This document shows, in pieces, positions 1 through 13,205 of a stretch of DNA of 64,000 nucleotides; positions within the stretch are counted from its first letter, which is position 1, and the number at the start of each line of letters is the position of its first letter. Origin of the DNA: Squalus acanthias (Eukaryota); NCBI GenBank assembly GCA_030390025.1, contig CM059438.1, forward strand, positions 67,582,001-67,646,000, read 5' to 3'. Position numbers and translations under genes: made by a program. The notes beneath the pieces were generated by a model. That model saw only the letters and a program-made list of their open reading frames with translations. It was not told the origin of the DNA and did no database searches.

Positions 1-2162
1 TCCCTCCGTCCCCCCACTCCCTCCGTCCCCACTCCCTCCGTCCCCCCACTCCCTCCGTCCCCACTCCCTCCGTCCCCCCACTCCCTCAGTCCCCCCACTT
101 CCTCAGTCCCCCCACTCCCTCAGTCCCCCCATTCCCTCAGTCCCCCCATTCCCTCAGTCCCCCCACTCCCTCAGACCCCCCACTCCCTTAGTCCCCACTC
201 CCTCAGTCCCCATTCCCTCAGTCCCCCCACTCCCTCAGTCACCCCACTTCCTCAGTCCCCACACTCCCTCAGTCACCCCACTCCCTCAGTCCCCCCGCTC
301 CCTCCATCCCCACTCCCTCCGTCCCCACTCCCTCCGTCCCCCCACTCCCTCCATCCCCACTCACTCCATCCCCCCACTCCCTCCGTCCCCACTCCCTCCA
401 TCCCCCCACTCCCTCAGTCCCCCCACTCCCTCCGTCCCCACTCCCTCCATCCCCACTCCCCCAGTCCCCCCACTCCCTCCATCCCCACTCCCTTAGTCCC
501 CCCTCGCTCAGTCCCCCCACTCCCTCAGACCGCCTCCCTCAGTCCCCCCACTCCCTCAGTCCCCACTCTGTCAGTCCCCCCACTCCCTCATGTCCCCCCA
601 CTCACTCAGTCCCCCCCACTCCCTCAGTCCCCCCACTCCCTCAGTCCCCCCACTCCCTCAGTCCTCCTTCCCTCAGTCCCCCCACTCCCTCAGTCCCCAC
701 TCCCTCAGTCCCCACTCCCTCAGTCCCCCCCTCCCTCAGTCCCCCCCTCCCTCAGTCCCCCCCTCCCTCAGTCCCCACTCCCTCAGTCCCCCCACTCCCT
801 CAGTCCCCACTCCCTCAGTCCCCACTCCCTCAGTCCCCACTCCCTCCGTCCCCACTCCCTCAGTCCCCCCTCCCTGAGTCCCCCCACTCCCTCAGACCGC
901 CTCCCTCAGTCCCCCCACTCCCTCAGTCCCCACTCTGTCAGTCCCTCCTCTCCCTCAGTCCCCCCACTCCCTCAGTCCCCCCCACTCCCTCAGTCCCCCC
1001 ACTCACTCAGTCCCCCCCACTCCCTCAGTCCCCCCACTCCCTCAGTCCCCCCCACTCCCTCAGTTCCCCCCTCCCTCAGTCATCCCTCCCTCAGTCCCCC
1101 CACTGCCTCCGTCCCCACTCCCTCAGTCCCTCAACTCCCTCAGACCCCCCTCCCTCAGTCTCCCCTCCCTCAGTCCCCCCACTCCCTCAGTCCGCACTCA
1201 CTCAGTCCCCCCACTCCCTCAGTCCCCCCACTCCCTCAGTCCCCCCACTCCCTCAGTCCCCACTCCCTCAGTCCCCCCACTCCCTCAGTCCCCACTCCCT
1301 CTGTCCCCCCTCCCTCATTCCATCCACTTGCTCCGTCCCCACTCCCTCAGTCCCCACTCCCTCAGTCCCCCCACTCCCTCAGTCCCCCCTCTCTCTCAGT
1401 CCCCCCACTCTCTCAGTCCCCACTCCCTCAGTCCCCCCACTCCCTCCTTCCCCTCACTCCGTCAGTCCCCCCACTCCCTCACTCCCCCCACTCCCTCAGT
1501 CCCTACTCCCTCTGTTCCACCACTCCCTCACTCCCCCCACTCCCTCAGTCCCCACTCCCCGCTCCCTCAGCCCTCCTACTCCCTCAGTCCCCACTCCCTC
1601 AGTCCTCCCACTCCCTCAGTCCCCCCACTCCCTCAGTCCCCACTCCCTCAGTCCTCCCACTCCCTCAGTCCTTCCACTCCCTCATTCCCCCCACTCCCTC
1701 AGTCACCCATTCCCTCAGTCCTCCCACTCCCTCAGTCCCCACTCCCTCAGTCCTCCCACTCCCTCAGTCCTCCCACTCCCTCAGTCACCCATTCCCTCAG
1801 TCCTCCCACTCCCTCAGTCCTCCCACTCCCTCAGTCCTCCCACTCCCTCAGTCCCCACTCCCTCTGTTCCCCCACTCCCTCAGTCCTCCCACTCCCTCAG
1901 TCACCCATTCCCTCAGTCCTCCCACTCCCTCAGTCCTCCCACTCCCTCAGTCCTCCCACTCCCTCAGTCCCCACTCCCTCAGTCCTCCCACTCCCTCAGT
2001 CACCACTCCCTCTGTTCCCCCACTCCCTCAGTCCTCCCACTCCCTCAGTCACCACTCCCTCTGTTCCCCCACTCCCTCAGTCATACCACTCCCTCAGTCC
2101 CCGCTCTCTCAGTCCTCCCACTCCCTCAGTCACCCACTCCCTCGGTCCTCCCGCTCCCTCAG
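1..2162. repeat. Minisatellite, ~16-18 bp unit CTCCCTCAGTCCCC(CC)A; C-rich + strand, G-rich - strand
   Basis: Continuous tandem array with variant blocks (CCGT, CCAT, CAGTCCTCCCA); runs off the window start. Confidence 0.97.
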
Positions 2163-2562
2163 CTTCTGGGCCCTCATTTGCCGGTTCCATTTCCCCCAAT
2201 CCTCCCAATAAGTCAGGACCCAGTTTTTGTTCCCATCGCTGATTTGGTGTGAGAATGAAATCCATTCCAAGGCCCGTGAGCTCTCCGGACAAAAGTTCCG
2301 CTCTCAGTCCGCACAAGGTGAGGCCTGGGATCCAGTCAAGTCTACTACATATTTGAGAGGGCCATGGCCCATCTAGGCCCAGCCTTGGCTATGCCAGTGA
2401 GGTCATGTACCCTTGATCCCCACATAAAGACACACTACACTGCTGTCTATGTTACATCTTCAGGGACTGCTCAGTCCAGTCAATCCTTTATATACAGCTC
2501 GGTGTGATTGTAATTTAGCCATTCGGGACCACTGACAGGCTGGGAAATGGGAAAACTGGGCG

Positions 2563-3730
2563 TCAGCATCTCACTCTCTCCACGCTGAGACACAAAGCCC
2601 TGTCTACTTTGCTAATTTGCAAACTACCACCCCATCTCCAACCTCCCTTTCCTCTCCACAACTCCATGTTTGAACCTCTCCAATCTGGTTTCCGCCCCTG
2701 CCACAGCACTGTAACGGCCCTAATCAAAGTCACAAATAACATCCTCTGTGACTGTGACCGTTGTGCACTATTCCTCAGTCTTCCTGATCTGTCTGCAGTC
2801 ATTGACATGGTTGACCACACCATCCTCCTCCAATGCCGCTCCTCCATTGTCCAGCTGAGTGGCACTGCCCTTGCCTGGTTCCACTCTTACCTATCCGGTC
2901 GTAGCCAGTGAATCTCCTGCAACGACGTCTCTTCGCACCCCCGCACTGTTAACTCTGGAGTCTCCAAGGGTCTATGCTTGGCCCCCTCCTATTTATCATC
3001 TACATGCTGCCCTTCGGCGACATCATCCGAAAACATAACGTCAGATTCCACATGTAGGCTGATGACACCAGCTCCACCACCACCACAACCACCTCTCTCG
3101 ACCCCTCTGCTTCCTCTGTGTTGTCAGACTGCTTGTCCGACATCCAGTCCTAGATGAACCGAAATTTCCTCCCATTACATTGGGAAGACTGTAGCCATTG
3201 TCTTCGGGTCCAACCACAAACTCTGTTACCTAGCAACCGATTCCATCCCCCACCTCCCCCGCCCCCAGCCACTGTCTCAGGTTGAACCAGACTGTTCACA
3301 ACATCACCGCCCTATTTGACTCTGAGCTAAGTTTCCATCCTCATATCCTCTCGATCATCAAGACTACCTACTTCCACCTCCGTAATATCGCTTGTCTCTA
3401 GCCCGCATCAACCTGTCTGCGGCTGAAACCTTCATCCATGCTTTTGGTACCTCAAGAGTCGACTATTTTAATGCTCTCTTGGCCGCCCAACTTCCAACCT
3501 CCATAAACTTGAGCTCATCCAAAACTCTGCTTCCAAGAACACTGCGTTCCTCCAATTCTGGCCCCTTACACATCCCGATTTCCTTCGACCCTCCATTGGC
3601 GGCCTTGCCTTCAGCCGTCTAGACCCTAAGCACTAGAATTCCCTTCCCAAACCTCTTCACCTGTCTACATCTATCTTCTCCTTTAAGACGTTGCTTAAAA
3701 CCCACCTCTTTGACCAAACTTTTGGTCGCA
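2563..3730 (+). mobile_element. L2-clade LINE, 5'-truncated and degenerate (RT fragment + 3' end)
   Basis: FEPLQSGFRPCHSTVTALIKVTNNIL...DLSA..D.VDHTILL RT motifs; 3' end TTTAAGACGTTGCTTAAAACCCACCTCTTTGACCAA shared with other L2 pieces in the window. Confidence 0.85.
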
Positions 3731-4050
3731 TTTCATAATGGGCGGAATTTGCTGAAATCACATTAATGCAGGCCAAATTAATTGAGTTGTTGAGCACTCA
3801 TCAGACGTGAATAGACGGAAGATTAGTAGTGTTTAAAACAGTTCAAGTGAACTATGCAAATTGTTTATTGTATGATCATGTGTTTCTACATCACGCCCTT
3901 TCGAAATGTTTTCTGCATCATTCAATTGCCTGATTAGATGCATTACAGAACATATTTGGATCTAACAGCACTGTGTCCCTTTTTTCTCTGAGGTTTTAAA
4001 CATTCACTTCTGTTTGTTGACACTGTGGGGTGAAACTCCTCTTTTATGAT

Positions 4051-5121
4051 GAGGTGAGGTGAGAGTGACTGCCCTTGACATCAAGGCAGCATTTGACCGA
4101 GTGTGGCATCAAGGTGCCCTAGTAAAACTGAAGTCAATGGGAATCGGGGGGGGAAAACTCTCCACTGGCTGGAGTCATACCTAGCACAAAGGAAGATGGT
4201 TGTGGTGGTTGAAGGTCAATCATCACAGCCCCAGGACATTGCTGCAGGAGTTCCTCAGGGCAGTGTCCCAGGCCCAACCATCTTCAGCTGCTTCATCAAT
4301 GACCTTCCGTCCATCATAAGGTCAGAAGTGGGGATGTTTGCTGATGACTGCACAGTATTCAGTGCAATTCGCAACTCTACAGATAATGAAACAGTCCATG
4401 CCCGCATGCAGCAAGACCTGGACACATTCAGGCATAGGCTGATATGTGGCAGGTAACATTCGCGCCACACAAGTGCCAGGCAATGACTATCTCCAACAAG
4501 CGAGCGTCTAACCACCGCCCCTTGACATTCAATGGCATTACCATCGCCGAATCTCCCACCATCAATATCCTGGAGGGTCACCTTGACCAGAGACTTAACT
4601 GGACCAGCCACATAAAGACTGTGGCAACAAGAGCAGGTCAGAGGCTGGGTATTCTGCAGCGAATGTATCACCTCCTGACTCCCCAAAGCCTTTCCATCAT
4701 CTACAAGGCACAAGTCAGGAGTGTGATGGAATACTCTCCATTTGCCTGGATCAGTGCAGCTCCAACAGCACTCAAGAAGGTCGACACCATCCAAGACAAA
4801 GCAGCCCACTTGATTGGCACCCCATCCACCACCTTAAACATTCACTCCCTCCACCACCAGCGTACGGTGGCTGCAGTGTGTACCATCTACAAGATGCACT
4901 GCAGCAACTCGCCAAGGCTTCTTCGGCAGCACCTCCCAAACCCACGACCTCTACCACCTAGAAGGACAAGGGCAGCAGGCACATGGAAACACCACCACCT
5001 CCAAGTTCCCCTCCAAGTCACTGACTTGGGAGTATATCGCCGTTCCTTCATCGTCGCTGGGTCAAAATCCTGGAACTCACTCCCTCTAGTGGTTCAAGGC
5101 GGCGACAAACCGTCACCTTCT
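4051..5121 (+). mobile_element. Single-ORF CR1-group (Zenon-like) LINE, 5'-truncated; 3' tail displaced to 9651-9730 by a CR1 insertion
   Basis: LDIKAAFDRVWHQG, GVPQGS, FADD, YKAQVRSVMEY; near-identical to the 31.4-32.5 kb and 55.2-56.2 kb copies. Confidence 0.88.
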
Positions 5122-5622
5122 GAGTGCGGTTTCAACAGAGTGCTGCGAGTTGGGTGAGTCGGAGTTGGGTGAGGAGTGGAAGGAGGAGCTCCCTTGCTTC
5201 CCCTTTGTTTTTCCTAACTTTTCACCCTGTAGGAAGAGGCCGGTGTCGGGAGCAGCAGGAGAGTACAGTGAGTATTTAAACTTACTTTCGCGGGCTTTTT
5301 TTCAAAGGCCAGTCAATCTCGCAGACCGGCAGCGGCGTTCCAGAGCCACGCCATGATTCGAAAAGTGACGCGGGCAAGAGGAAGCAGCTGATTGGGTGAG
5401 TACGGCCAGGTGAGTATTTATACTACTCTATGGTTTGACAGTTAAGGTTAATAGTTTATAAAGTTTAGAAGGTCTTAATTTTTGTGGTTATAGTTTCTAA
5501 GGTCTCTGTTGTGTAGCGGGGAGTGCTAGTAAACAAGGGCCCTTGAGTATATCATTTAATTGTAGTGTAATTAGTGGCATTGATTTGATTTCATTTAATT
5601 TAAATTAATTAAAGGGTAAGTC

Positions 5623-6574
5623 ATGGCAGCACAGCTCAGCCCCGTGGTATGCTCCTCCTGCACTATGTGGGAAATCAGGGACACTTCCTATGTCCCTGAC
5701 GACCATGTGTGCAGGAAGTGTATCCAGCTGCAGCTACTGGCAGACCGCATTGTGGTGCTGGAGCTGCGAATGGATACATACTGGAGCATTCGCGATACTG
5801 AGGACGTCGTGGATAGTACGTTCAATCAGTTGGTTGCACCGCAGGTAAAGGCTGCACAGGCAGGAAGGGAATGGGTGATCGCCAGGAAGAGTAGTAGGCA
5901 CAGGCATGTAGTGCAGGGGTCCCCTGTGGCCATCCCCCTCTCAAACAGATATACCGCTTTGGATATTGTTGAAGGAGATGGCTTATCGGGGGAAGGCAGC
6001 AGCAGCCAACTTCCTGGCACCATGGGTGGTTCTGCTGCACAGGACGGGAGGAAAAAGAGCGGGAGAGCTATAGTGATAGGGGATTCTATTGTAAGGGGAA
6101 TAGATAGGCATTTCTGCGGCCACAAACGAGACTCCAGGATGGTATGTTGCCTCCCTGGTGCAAGGGTCAAGGATGTCTCGGAGCGGCTGCAGGGCATTCT
6201 GGAGAGGGAGGGTGAACAGCCAGTTGTCGTGGTGCATATAGGTACCAACGATATAGATAAAAACCGGGATGAGGTCCTAAAAGCTGAATATAGGAAGTTA
6301 GGAGGTAAATTAAAAAATAGGACCTCAAAGGTAGTAATCTCAGGATTGCTACCAGGTGCCACGTGCTAGTCAGAGTAGAAATAGAAGGATATTTCAGTTG
6401 AATACGTGGCTAGAGGAATGGTGCAAGGGGATGGGATTCAAATTCCTGGGACATTGGAACCGGTTCTGGGGGAGGTGGGACCAGTACAAACTGGACGGTT
6501 TGCACCTGGGCAGGACCGGGACTGATGTCCTTGGGGGAGTGTTTGCTAGTGCTGTTAGGGAGGGTTTAAACTAA
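5623..6574 (+). pseudogene. CR1 ORF1 (CxxC..CxxC Zn finger, coiled coil, SGNH esterase), one frameshift
   Basis: CSSC..CRKC, GDSIVRG, HIGTND and DGLH split over ORFs 5623-6369 and 6356-6574. Confidence 0.9.
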
Positions 6575-9557
6575 AATGGCAGGGGGTTGGGAACCTGTGC
6601 AGGGAGACAGAGGAAAGGGAAGCAAGGATAGAAGCAAAAGACAGGAAGGAGAAAAGCAAAAGTGGCAGTCAGAGAAATCAAGGGTGTAAATCAAACATGG
6701 CCACAGTAAATAATAATTCTAAAAGGTCTAAGAGTGTTAAAAAAACATGCCTGAAGGCTTTGTGTCTTAATGCGAGGAGCATTCGTAATAAAGTTGATGA
6801 ATTGGCTGCGCAAATAGATGTAAACGGATATGATATAATTGGGATTACGGAGTCGTGGCTCCAAGGTGACCAAGACTGGGAATTCAACATCCAGGGGTAT
6901 TCAATATTCAGGAGGGACAGGCAAAAAGGAAAAGGAGGTGGGGTAGCATTGCTGGTTAAAGAGGAGATTAACACAATAGTAAGGAAGGATATTAGCTCTG
7001 ATGATGTGTAATCTGTATGGGTAGAGCTGAGAAATACCAAGGGGCAGAAAACGTTAGTGGGAGTTGTATACAGACCCCCAAACAGTAATGCTGAGATTGG
7101 GGATGGCATTAAATGGGAAATTAGAGATGCGTGCAATAAGGGCACAGCAGTTATCATGGGTGACTTTAATCTACATATAGATTGGGCTAACCAAATTAGT
7201 AACACTACTGTGGAGGAGGAATTCCTGGAGTGTATACGGGATGGTTTCCTGGACCAATATATCGAGGAACCAACTAGAGATCAGGCCATCTTAGACTGGG
7301 TATTATGTAATGAGAAAGGATTAATTAACCATCTTGTTGTGCGAGGCCCCTTGGGGAGGAGCAATCATAATATGATAGAATTCTTCATTAAGATGGAGAG
7401 TGAAGTAGTTGACTCAGAGACTAAGGTCCTGAATTTAAATAAAGGAAACTACGATGGTATGAGGTGCGAGTTGGCTAGGATGGATTGGGAAACGTTACTT
7501 AAAGGGTTGACAGTGGATAGGCAATGGCAAACATTTAAAGATCGCATGGATGAACTACAGAATTTGTTCATCCCTGTTTGGCATAAAAATAAAACAAAAA
7601 AGGTGACTCAACCGTGGCGAACAAGGGAACTTAGGGATAGCATAAGATCCAAGGAGAGCAGATATAAATTGGCCAGAAAAAGCAGCAAACCTGAGGATTG
7701 GGAGCAGTTTAGGATTCAGCAAAGGAGGACAAAGGGATTAATTAAGAGGGGGAAAATAGTGTATGAGAGTAAGCTTTCAGGGAACATAAAAACTGACTGT
7801 AAGAGCTTCTATAGATATGTGAAGAGAAAAAGATTGGTGAAGTCAAGTGTAGGTCTCTTGCAGTCAGAATTAGGGGAATTTATAATGGGGAACAAAGAAA
7901 TGGCAGACCAATTAAATACATACTTTGGTTCTGTCTTCACAAAGGAGGACACAAATAACCTCCCAGAGATGTTGGGGAACATCGGGTCTAATGAGAGGGA
8001 AGAACTGAATGAAATCAGTATTTGTAGGGAAATGGTGTTAGGGAAATTGACAGGATTGAAGGCGATAAATCCCCAGGGCCTGATAATCTACATCCTAGGG
8101 TACTTAAGGAAGTGGCCCTAGAAATAGTAGATGCATTGCTGGTCATCTTCCAAAATTCTATAGACTCTGGAACAGTTCCCATAGATTGGAGGGTAACTAA
8201 TGTAACCCCACTATTTAAAAAAGGTGGGAGAGAGAAAACGGGGAATTATAGACCGGTAAGCCTGACATCAATAGTGGGGAAAATGCTCGAGTCCATTATA
8301 AAAGATTTAATAGCAGAGCACTTGGAAAACAGTGACAGGATCGGACAAAGTCAACATGGATTTACAAAAGGTAAATCATGCTTGACTAATCTACTGGAAT
8401 TTTTTGAGGATGTAACTGGTAGAATAGATAAGGGAGAACCAGTGGATGTGGTGTATTTGGACTTTCAGAAGGCTTTCGATAAGGTCCCGCATAAGAGATT
8501 AGCATGCAAAGTTAAAGCACATGGGATTGGGGGTAAGGTACTGACTTGGATAGAGAACTGGTTGGCAGACAGGAAGCAAAGAGTTGGAATAAACTGATCT
8601 TTTTCCGAGTGGCAGGCAGTGACTAGTGGGGTACCGCAGGGATCGGTGCTAGGATCCCAGTTATTCACAATATATATTAATGATCTAGACGAGGGAACTA
8701 GATGTAATATCTCCAAGTTTGCAGATGACATAAAGTTGGGTGGGCATGTGTGTTGTGAGGAGGATGCCGAGAAAGTCCAGTATGATTTGGACAGGTTGGG
8801 TGATTGGGCAGATGCATGGCAGATGCAGTATAATGTGGATAAATGCGAGGTTATCCACTTTAGTGGCAAAAACAGGAAGGCAGATTATTATCTGAAATGC
8901 AATAGATTGGGAAAAGGGGAAGTGCAACGAAACCTGGGAGTCCTTGTGCACCAGTCGCTGAAGGTAAGCATGCAGGTGCAGCAGACGGTTAAGAAGGCAA
9001 ATGGTATGTTGGCCTTCATAGCGAGAGGATTCGAGTACAGGAGCAAGGAAGTCTTGCTGCAGTTTAACAGGGCCTTGGTGAGACCACACCTTGAGTATTA
9101 TGTGCAGTTTTAGTCACCTTATCTGAGGAAGGATGTTCTTGCCATGGAGGGAGTGCAGCGAAGATTCACCAGACTGATACCTGGGATGGCAGGAATGACG
9201 TATGAAGAGAGATTGGGACGATTGGGCTTGTATTCGCTCGAGTTTAGAAGAATGAGAGGGGATCTCATTGAAACTTATAAAATTCTAACAGGACTAGACA
9301 GACTAGATGCAGGAAGAATGTTCCCGATGGCGGGGGAGTCCAGAACCAGGGGTCACAGTCTAAGGATAAGGGGTAAGCCATTTAGGACTGAGATGAGGAG
9401 GAATTTCTTCACCCAGAGAGTGGTGAACCTGTGGAATTCTCTACCACAGAAGGCAGTTGAGGCCAATTCATTAAATATATTCAAGAAGGAGTTAGATATA
9501 TTTCTTAAGGCTAAAGGGATCAAGGGATATGGGGAGAAAGCAGGGACAGGGTACTGA
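6565..9557 (+). pseudogene. CR1 ORF2 (APE endonuclease + reverse transcriptase), disrupted
   Basis: NARSIRNK, ITESWL, MGDFN, NYRPVSLTS, LDFQKAFDKV, GVPQGS, FADD across consecutive ORF pieces. Confidence 0.93.
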
Positions 9558-9650
9558 ATTTGGATGATCAGCCATGATCTCATTAAATGGTGGAGCAGGC
9601 TCGAGGGGCCGAATGGCCTACTCCTGCCCCTATCTTCTATGTTTCTATGT

Positions 9651-9730
9651 TTCTCGAGGGCAACTAGGAATGGGCAATAAATGCTGGCCTTGTCAGTGAT
9701 GCCCACATCCCATGAACGCATTAAAAAAAT
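9651..9730 (+). mobile_element. 3' tail of the Zenon-like LINE at 4051-5121
   Basis: TTCTCGAGGGCAACTAGGAATGGGCAATAAATGCTGGCC...CCCACATCCCATGAA; matches the intact tails at ~19900-19965 and ~32505-32560. Confidence 0.88.
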
Positions 9731-10077
9731 GACAGAATATCCGTTTAATGGCCAATTAATACATTCTCATATGTCAGATGTTTCAAAGCTTTGCATTCCT
9801 GCAAATCCATTAGCGAGTTGTTAATTATGGATAAGAAATGGTATTCTCCTGTTTATTCATGAAAAGCAGACTTTGACCCTTTGTACGTGTGCCAGTGCTT
9901 CCCAAGATTGTGTCCTTCACCCTTGGTGATTTGCCTCTCCTCATTCAGGTAACCTTGGCAGTCTTTTGTTTTACCACATGGGGCATGTGGTGGATTCTCA
10001 CACAATTGGTGATCTCCCAGTTGATTCCATTAAAAAAAATATTCGTTCATGGGATTTGGGCGTCGCTGGCAAGGCAG

Positions 10078-12154
10078 ACCAAGAAATTGAAAAAGAAAGG
10101 GAAATTAGAATATGAGAGTAAACTAGCGAGAGACATAAAAACAGACTGTAAAAGTTTCCGTAGGTATGTAAAAAGGAATAGATTAGCGAAAGTAAATTTG
10201 TGTCCCTTACAGGCTGAGACAGGAGAAATTATAATGGGGAATAAGGAAATGTCAGAGAAATTAAACAAATACTTTGTATCTATGTCTTCAAGGAAGAAGA
10301 CGCAAAAATCTTCCCGGTAAATAGTGGAGAACCAAGGGTCTAGCGAGAATGAGGAACTGAAAGAAATTAGTATTAGTAAAAAATAGTACTGGAGAAATTA
10401 ATGACACTGAAAGCCAATAAATCCCCTGGACCTGATGGCCTACATCCTAGGGTTTTGAAAGAGGTGGCTATAGAGATAGTGGATGCATTGGTTGTCATTT
10501 TCCAAAATTCCATAGATTCTCGAACGGTTCCCGTGGATTGGAAGGCGGCAAATGGAACCCCACTATTTAAGAAAGGAGGGAGAGAGAAAACGGGGAACTA
10601 CAGACCAGTTAGCATGACATCAGTCGTAGGGAAAATGCTAGAATCTATTATTAAGGATGTGGTAACAAGGCACTTGGAAAATAATAATAGGATTGGGCAG
10701 AGTCAATACAGATTTATGAAAGGGAAATCATGTTTGATGAATCTGTTAGAGTTTTTTGAGGTTGTAACTAGCAGAATAGATAAGGGAGAACTAGTGGATG
10801 TGGTGTATTTGGATTTTCAGAAGGCATTTGATAAGATGCCACACAAGAGGTTATTAAACAAAATTAGAGCTCATGGGATTGGGGGTAATATGCTCGCATG
10901 GATTGAGGATTGGTTAATTGACAGAAAACAGAAAGTACATAAGAACATAAGAAATAGGAGCAGGAGTAGGCCATTTGGCACCTCGAGCCTGCTCCGCCAT
11001 TTAATGAGATCATGGCTGATCTGATCTTGGGCTCAGCTCCATTTCCCTGCCCGCTCCCCATAACCCTTCACTCCCTTATTGTTCAAAAATCTGTATTAAA
11101 GGAATAAACGGGTCATTTTCGGGTTGACAGGCTGTAACTAGTGGGGTACTGCAAGGATCAGTACTATTCACAATCTACACCAATGATTTGGATGAGGGGA
11201 CCAAATGTAATATATCCAAGTTTGCTGATGATACAAAGCTCGGTGGGAAAGTAAGTTATGAGGAGGATTCAAGGAGGCTTCAAGGGGATATAGACAGGCT
11301 AAGTGAGTGGGCAAGAACATGGCAAATGGAATATAATGTGGAGAAATGTGAAGTTATCCATTTTGGTAGGAAAAATAGAAAAGCAGAGTATTTTTTAAAT
11401 GGTGAGAGATTGGGAAATGTTGGTGTTCAGAGGGACCTGGGTGTCCTTGTACATGAATCACTGAAAGCTAACAGGTACAGCAAGCAATTAGGAAAGCAAA
11501 TGGTATGTTGGCCTTTATTCCAAGAGGATTTGTGTATAAGAGTAAAGACATCTTACTGCAATTATATGGAGCCCTGGTGAGACCACACCTGAAGTAGTGT
11601 GTAAAGTTTTGGTCTCCTTCCCTAAGGAAGGATATATTTGCCATAGAGGGAGTGCAACGAAGGTTCACCAGCCTGGTTCCTGGGATGGGGGTATTGTCCT
11701 ATGAGGAGAGATTGAGTAGACTAGGTCTATATTCTCTAGAGTTTAGAAGAATGAGAGGTGATCTCATTGAAACATACAAAATGTTTACAGGACTTGACAG
11801 GGTAGATGCAGGGATGATGTTTCCCCTGGCTGGGGAGTCTAGAACCAGGGGTCACAGTCTCAGAATAAGGGGTCGGCCATTTAGGACTGAGATGAGGAGA
11901 AATTTCTTCACTCAGAGGGTGGTGAATATTTGGAATTCTCTACCCCAGAGGGCTGTGGAGGCTCAGTCATTGAGTATATTCAAGACAGAGATTGATAGAT
12001 TTTTGAATATTAAGAGAATCAAGGGATATGGGGATAGTGCAGGAAAGTGGAGATGAGGTAGAAGATGTGCCATGATCTTATTGAATGGTGGAACAGACTC
12101 GAAGGGCCAAATGGCCGACTCCTGCTCCTATTTCTTATGGTCTTATGTTCTTAT
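10078..12154 (+). mobile_element. CR1 LINE copy 2, 5'-truncated and degenerate
   Basis: RT motifs in ORFs 10401-11024, 11188-11580, 11652-12056; (TTCTTATG)n tail. Confidence 0.93.
10937..11095 (-). mobile_element. Short CR1 3' end inserted antisense into copy 2
   Basis: ACATAAGAACATAAGAAATAGGAGCAGG..., nearly identical to 62670-62825; interrupts RKQKV|GING. Confidence 0.88.
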
Positions 12155-13205
12155 TGCCCATCCCTATGGTATAATTGAATGGCTTGCTGGGCCACTTCAG
12201 AGGGCAGTTTAGAGTCAACCACACTAGTGTGAGACTGGTGTCATATATAAGCCAGATCGGGCAAGGACGGCATGATCCTTTCCCTAAAGGACATGAGTGA
12301 ACCAGTGGAGTTTTTATTTCAATCCGACAGCTTCTGCCATCTGTGGTAGTTGGTATTTATTTCAATATGATTGCCTCCTGGGCAATTGGCCCTTTCTAAT
12401 GTTGGTATCAACTGATGACTCAGCCCAGTCCTTGCTAAAGTCCTGTACGACAGCTCAGTGGAAATCCAATTTTTCCCTTTACTTCATTAAATGTTGCAAT
12501 TATTACTTCTGTTTTCAAAAGACCTTGTGGCTTTGAATGGTCATAATAACCAGCAAATCCATACAGAAAGATCTGAATGTTCAACTTTTGCAGTGATATG
12601 AATTACTTCAATTTGTTACAGGCATTTTGCGGAGTAAGTTTACACCTGCCCTTTGGGACTATCATTAATTTCATCGGAGATTTCAGCATGGATACATCAG
12701 TCGTCATGTATCATAAGCATATGCACTCTCTGTCCTGGATGAATTATGATCGGCTTGGCTTGACTGATCAGCAATGTCCTTTGGCTGTACTTTATTCTCA
12801 CCAAATGGGACTGAAGGTTATAGGGAGAAGAGCAGATAGAGAAGGTTAAATAGTCCATTGAACACAACAGGCCCCAAAGCCACTGAGACTGTGGAAATGT
12901 CATCAGTGAAAAGCTACTGGCCTGTTTTGAATAACTAAGGTAAAGTGCAGAAATATATTGCAAGTTTTACATTCATGTCTTTGCGGGGCCAGGAAGAAAT
13001 GTTGTTGAATTTGCTCTCCGGCGATTAAATAAATAGGTTCTAGTTTTCCCTACCATTGGGAACATTCTGCCCGCATCTAATTTGTCTAAACCAGTCAGGA
13101 TTTTAAATGTCTCTATAAGATCCCCCCTCATTCTTCTGAACTCCAGAGGATACAAGTTCAGTTGACCCAATCTTTCTTGATATGTCAGTCCGGCCATCCC
13201 AGGAA

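Larger units (their letters stand above)
5122..9654 (+). mobile_element. CR1 LINE copy 1, near full length, inactivated
   Basis: 5'UTR, ORF1, ORF2, 3' end ending in (TTCTATGT)n at 9635-9654; stops at 7009, 8595, 9111 and frameshifts near 6357 and 8070. Confidence 0.95.
10030..12330 (-). mobile_element. SINE sharing its core and tail with the Zenon-like LINE, split by CR1 copy 2 (pieces 10030-10077 and 12151-12330)
   Basis: Reverse complement gives GGTTCACTCATGTCCTTTAGGGAAAGG...GCCCTCTGAAGTGGCC...GGGATGGGCAATAA | CCTTGCCAGCGACGCCCAAATCCCATGAA. Confidence 0.8.

Noticed and set aside
269..2242. Pro/Ser-rich and Gly-rich ORFs up to 304 aa
   Set aside because: By-products of a stop-poor minisatellite.
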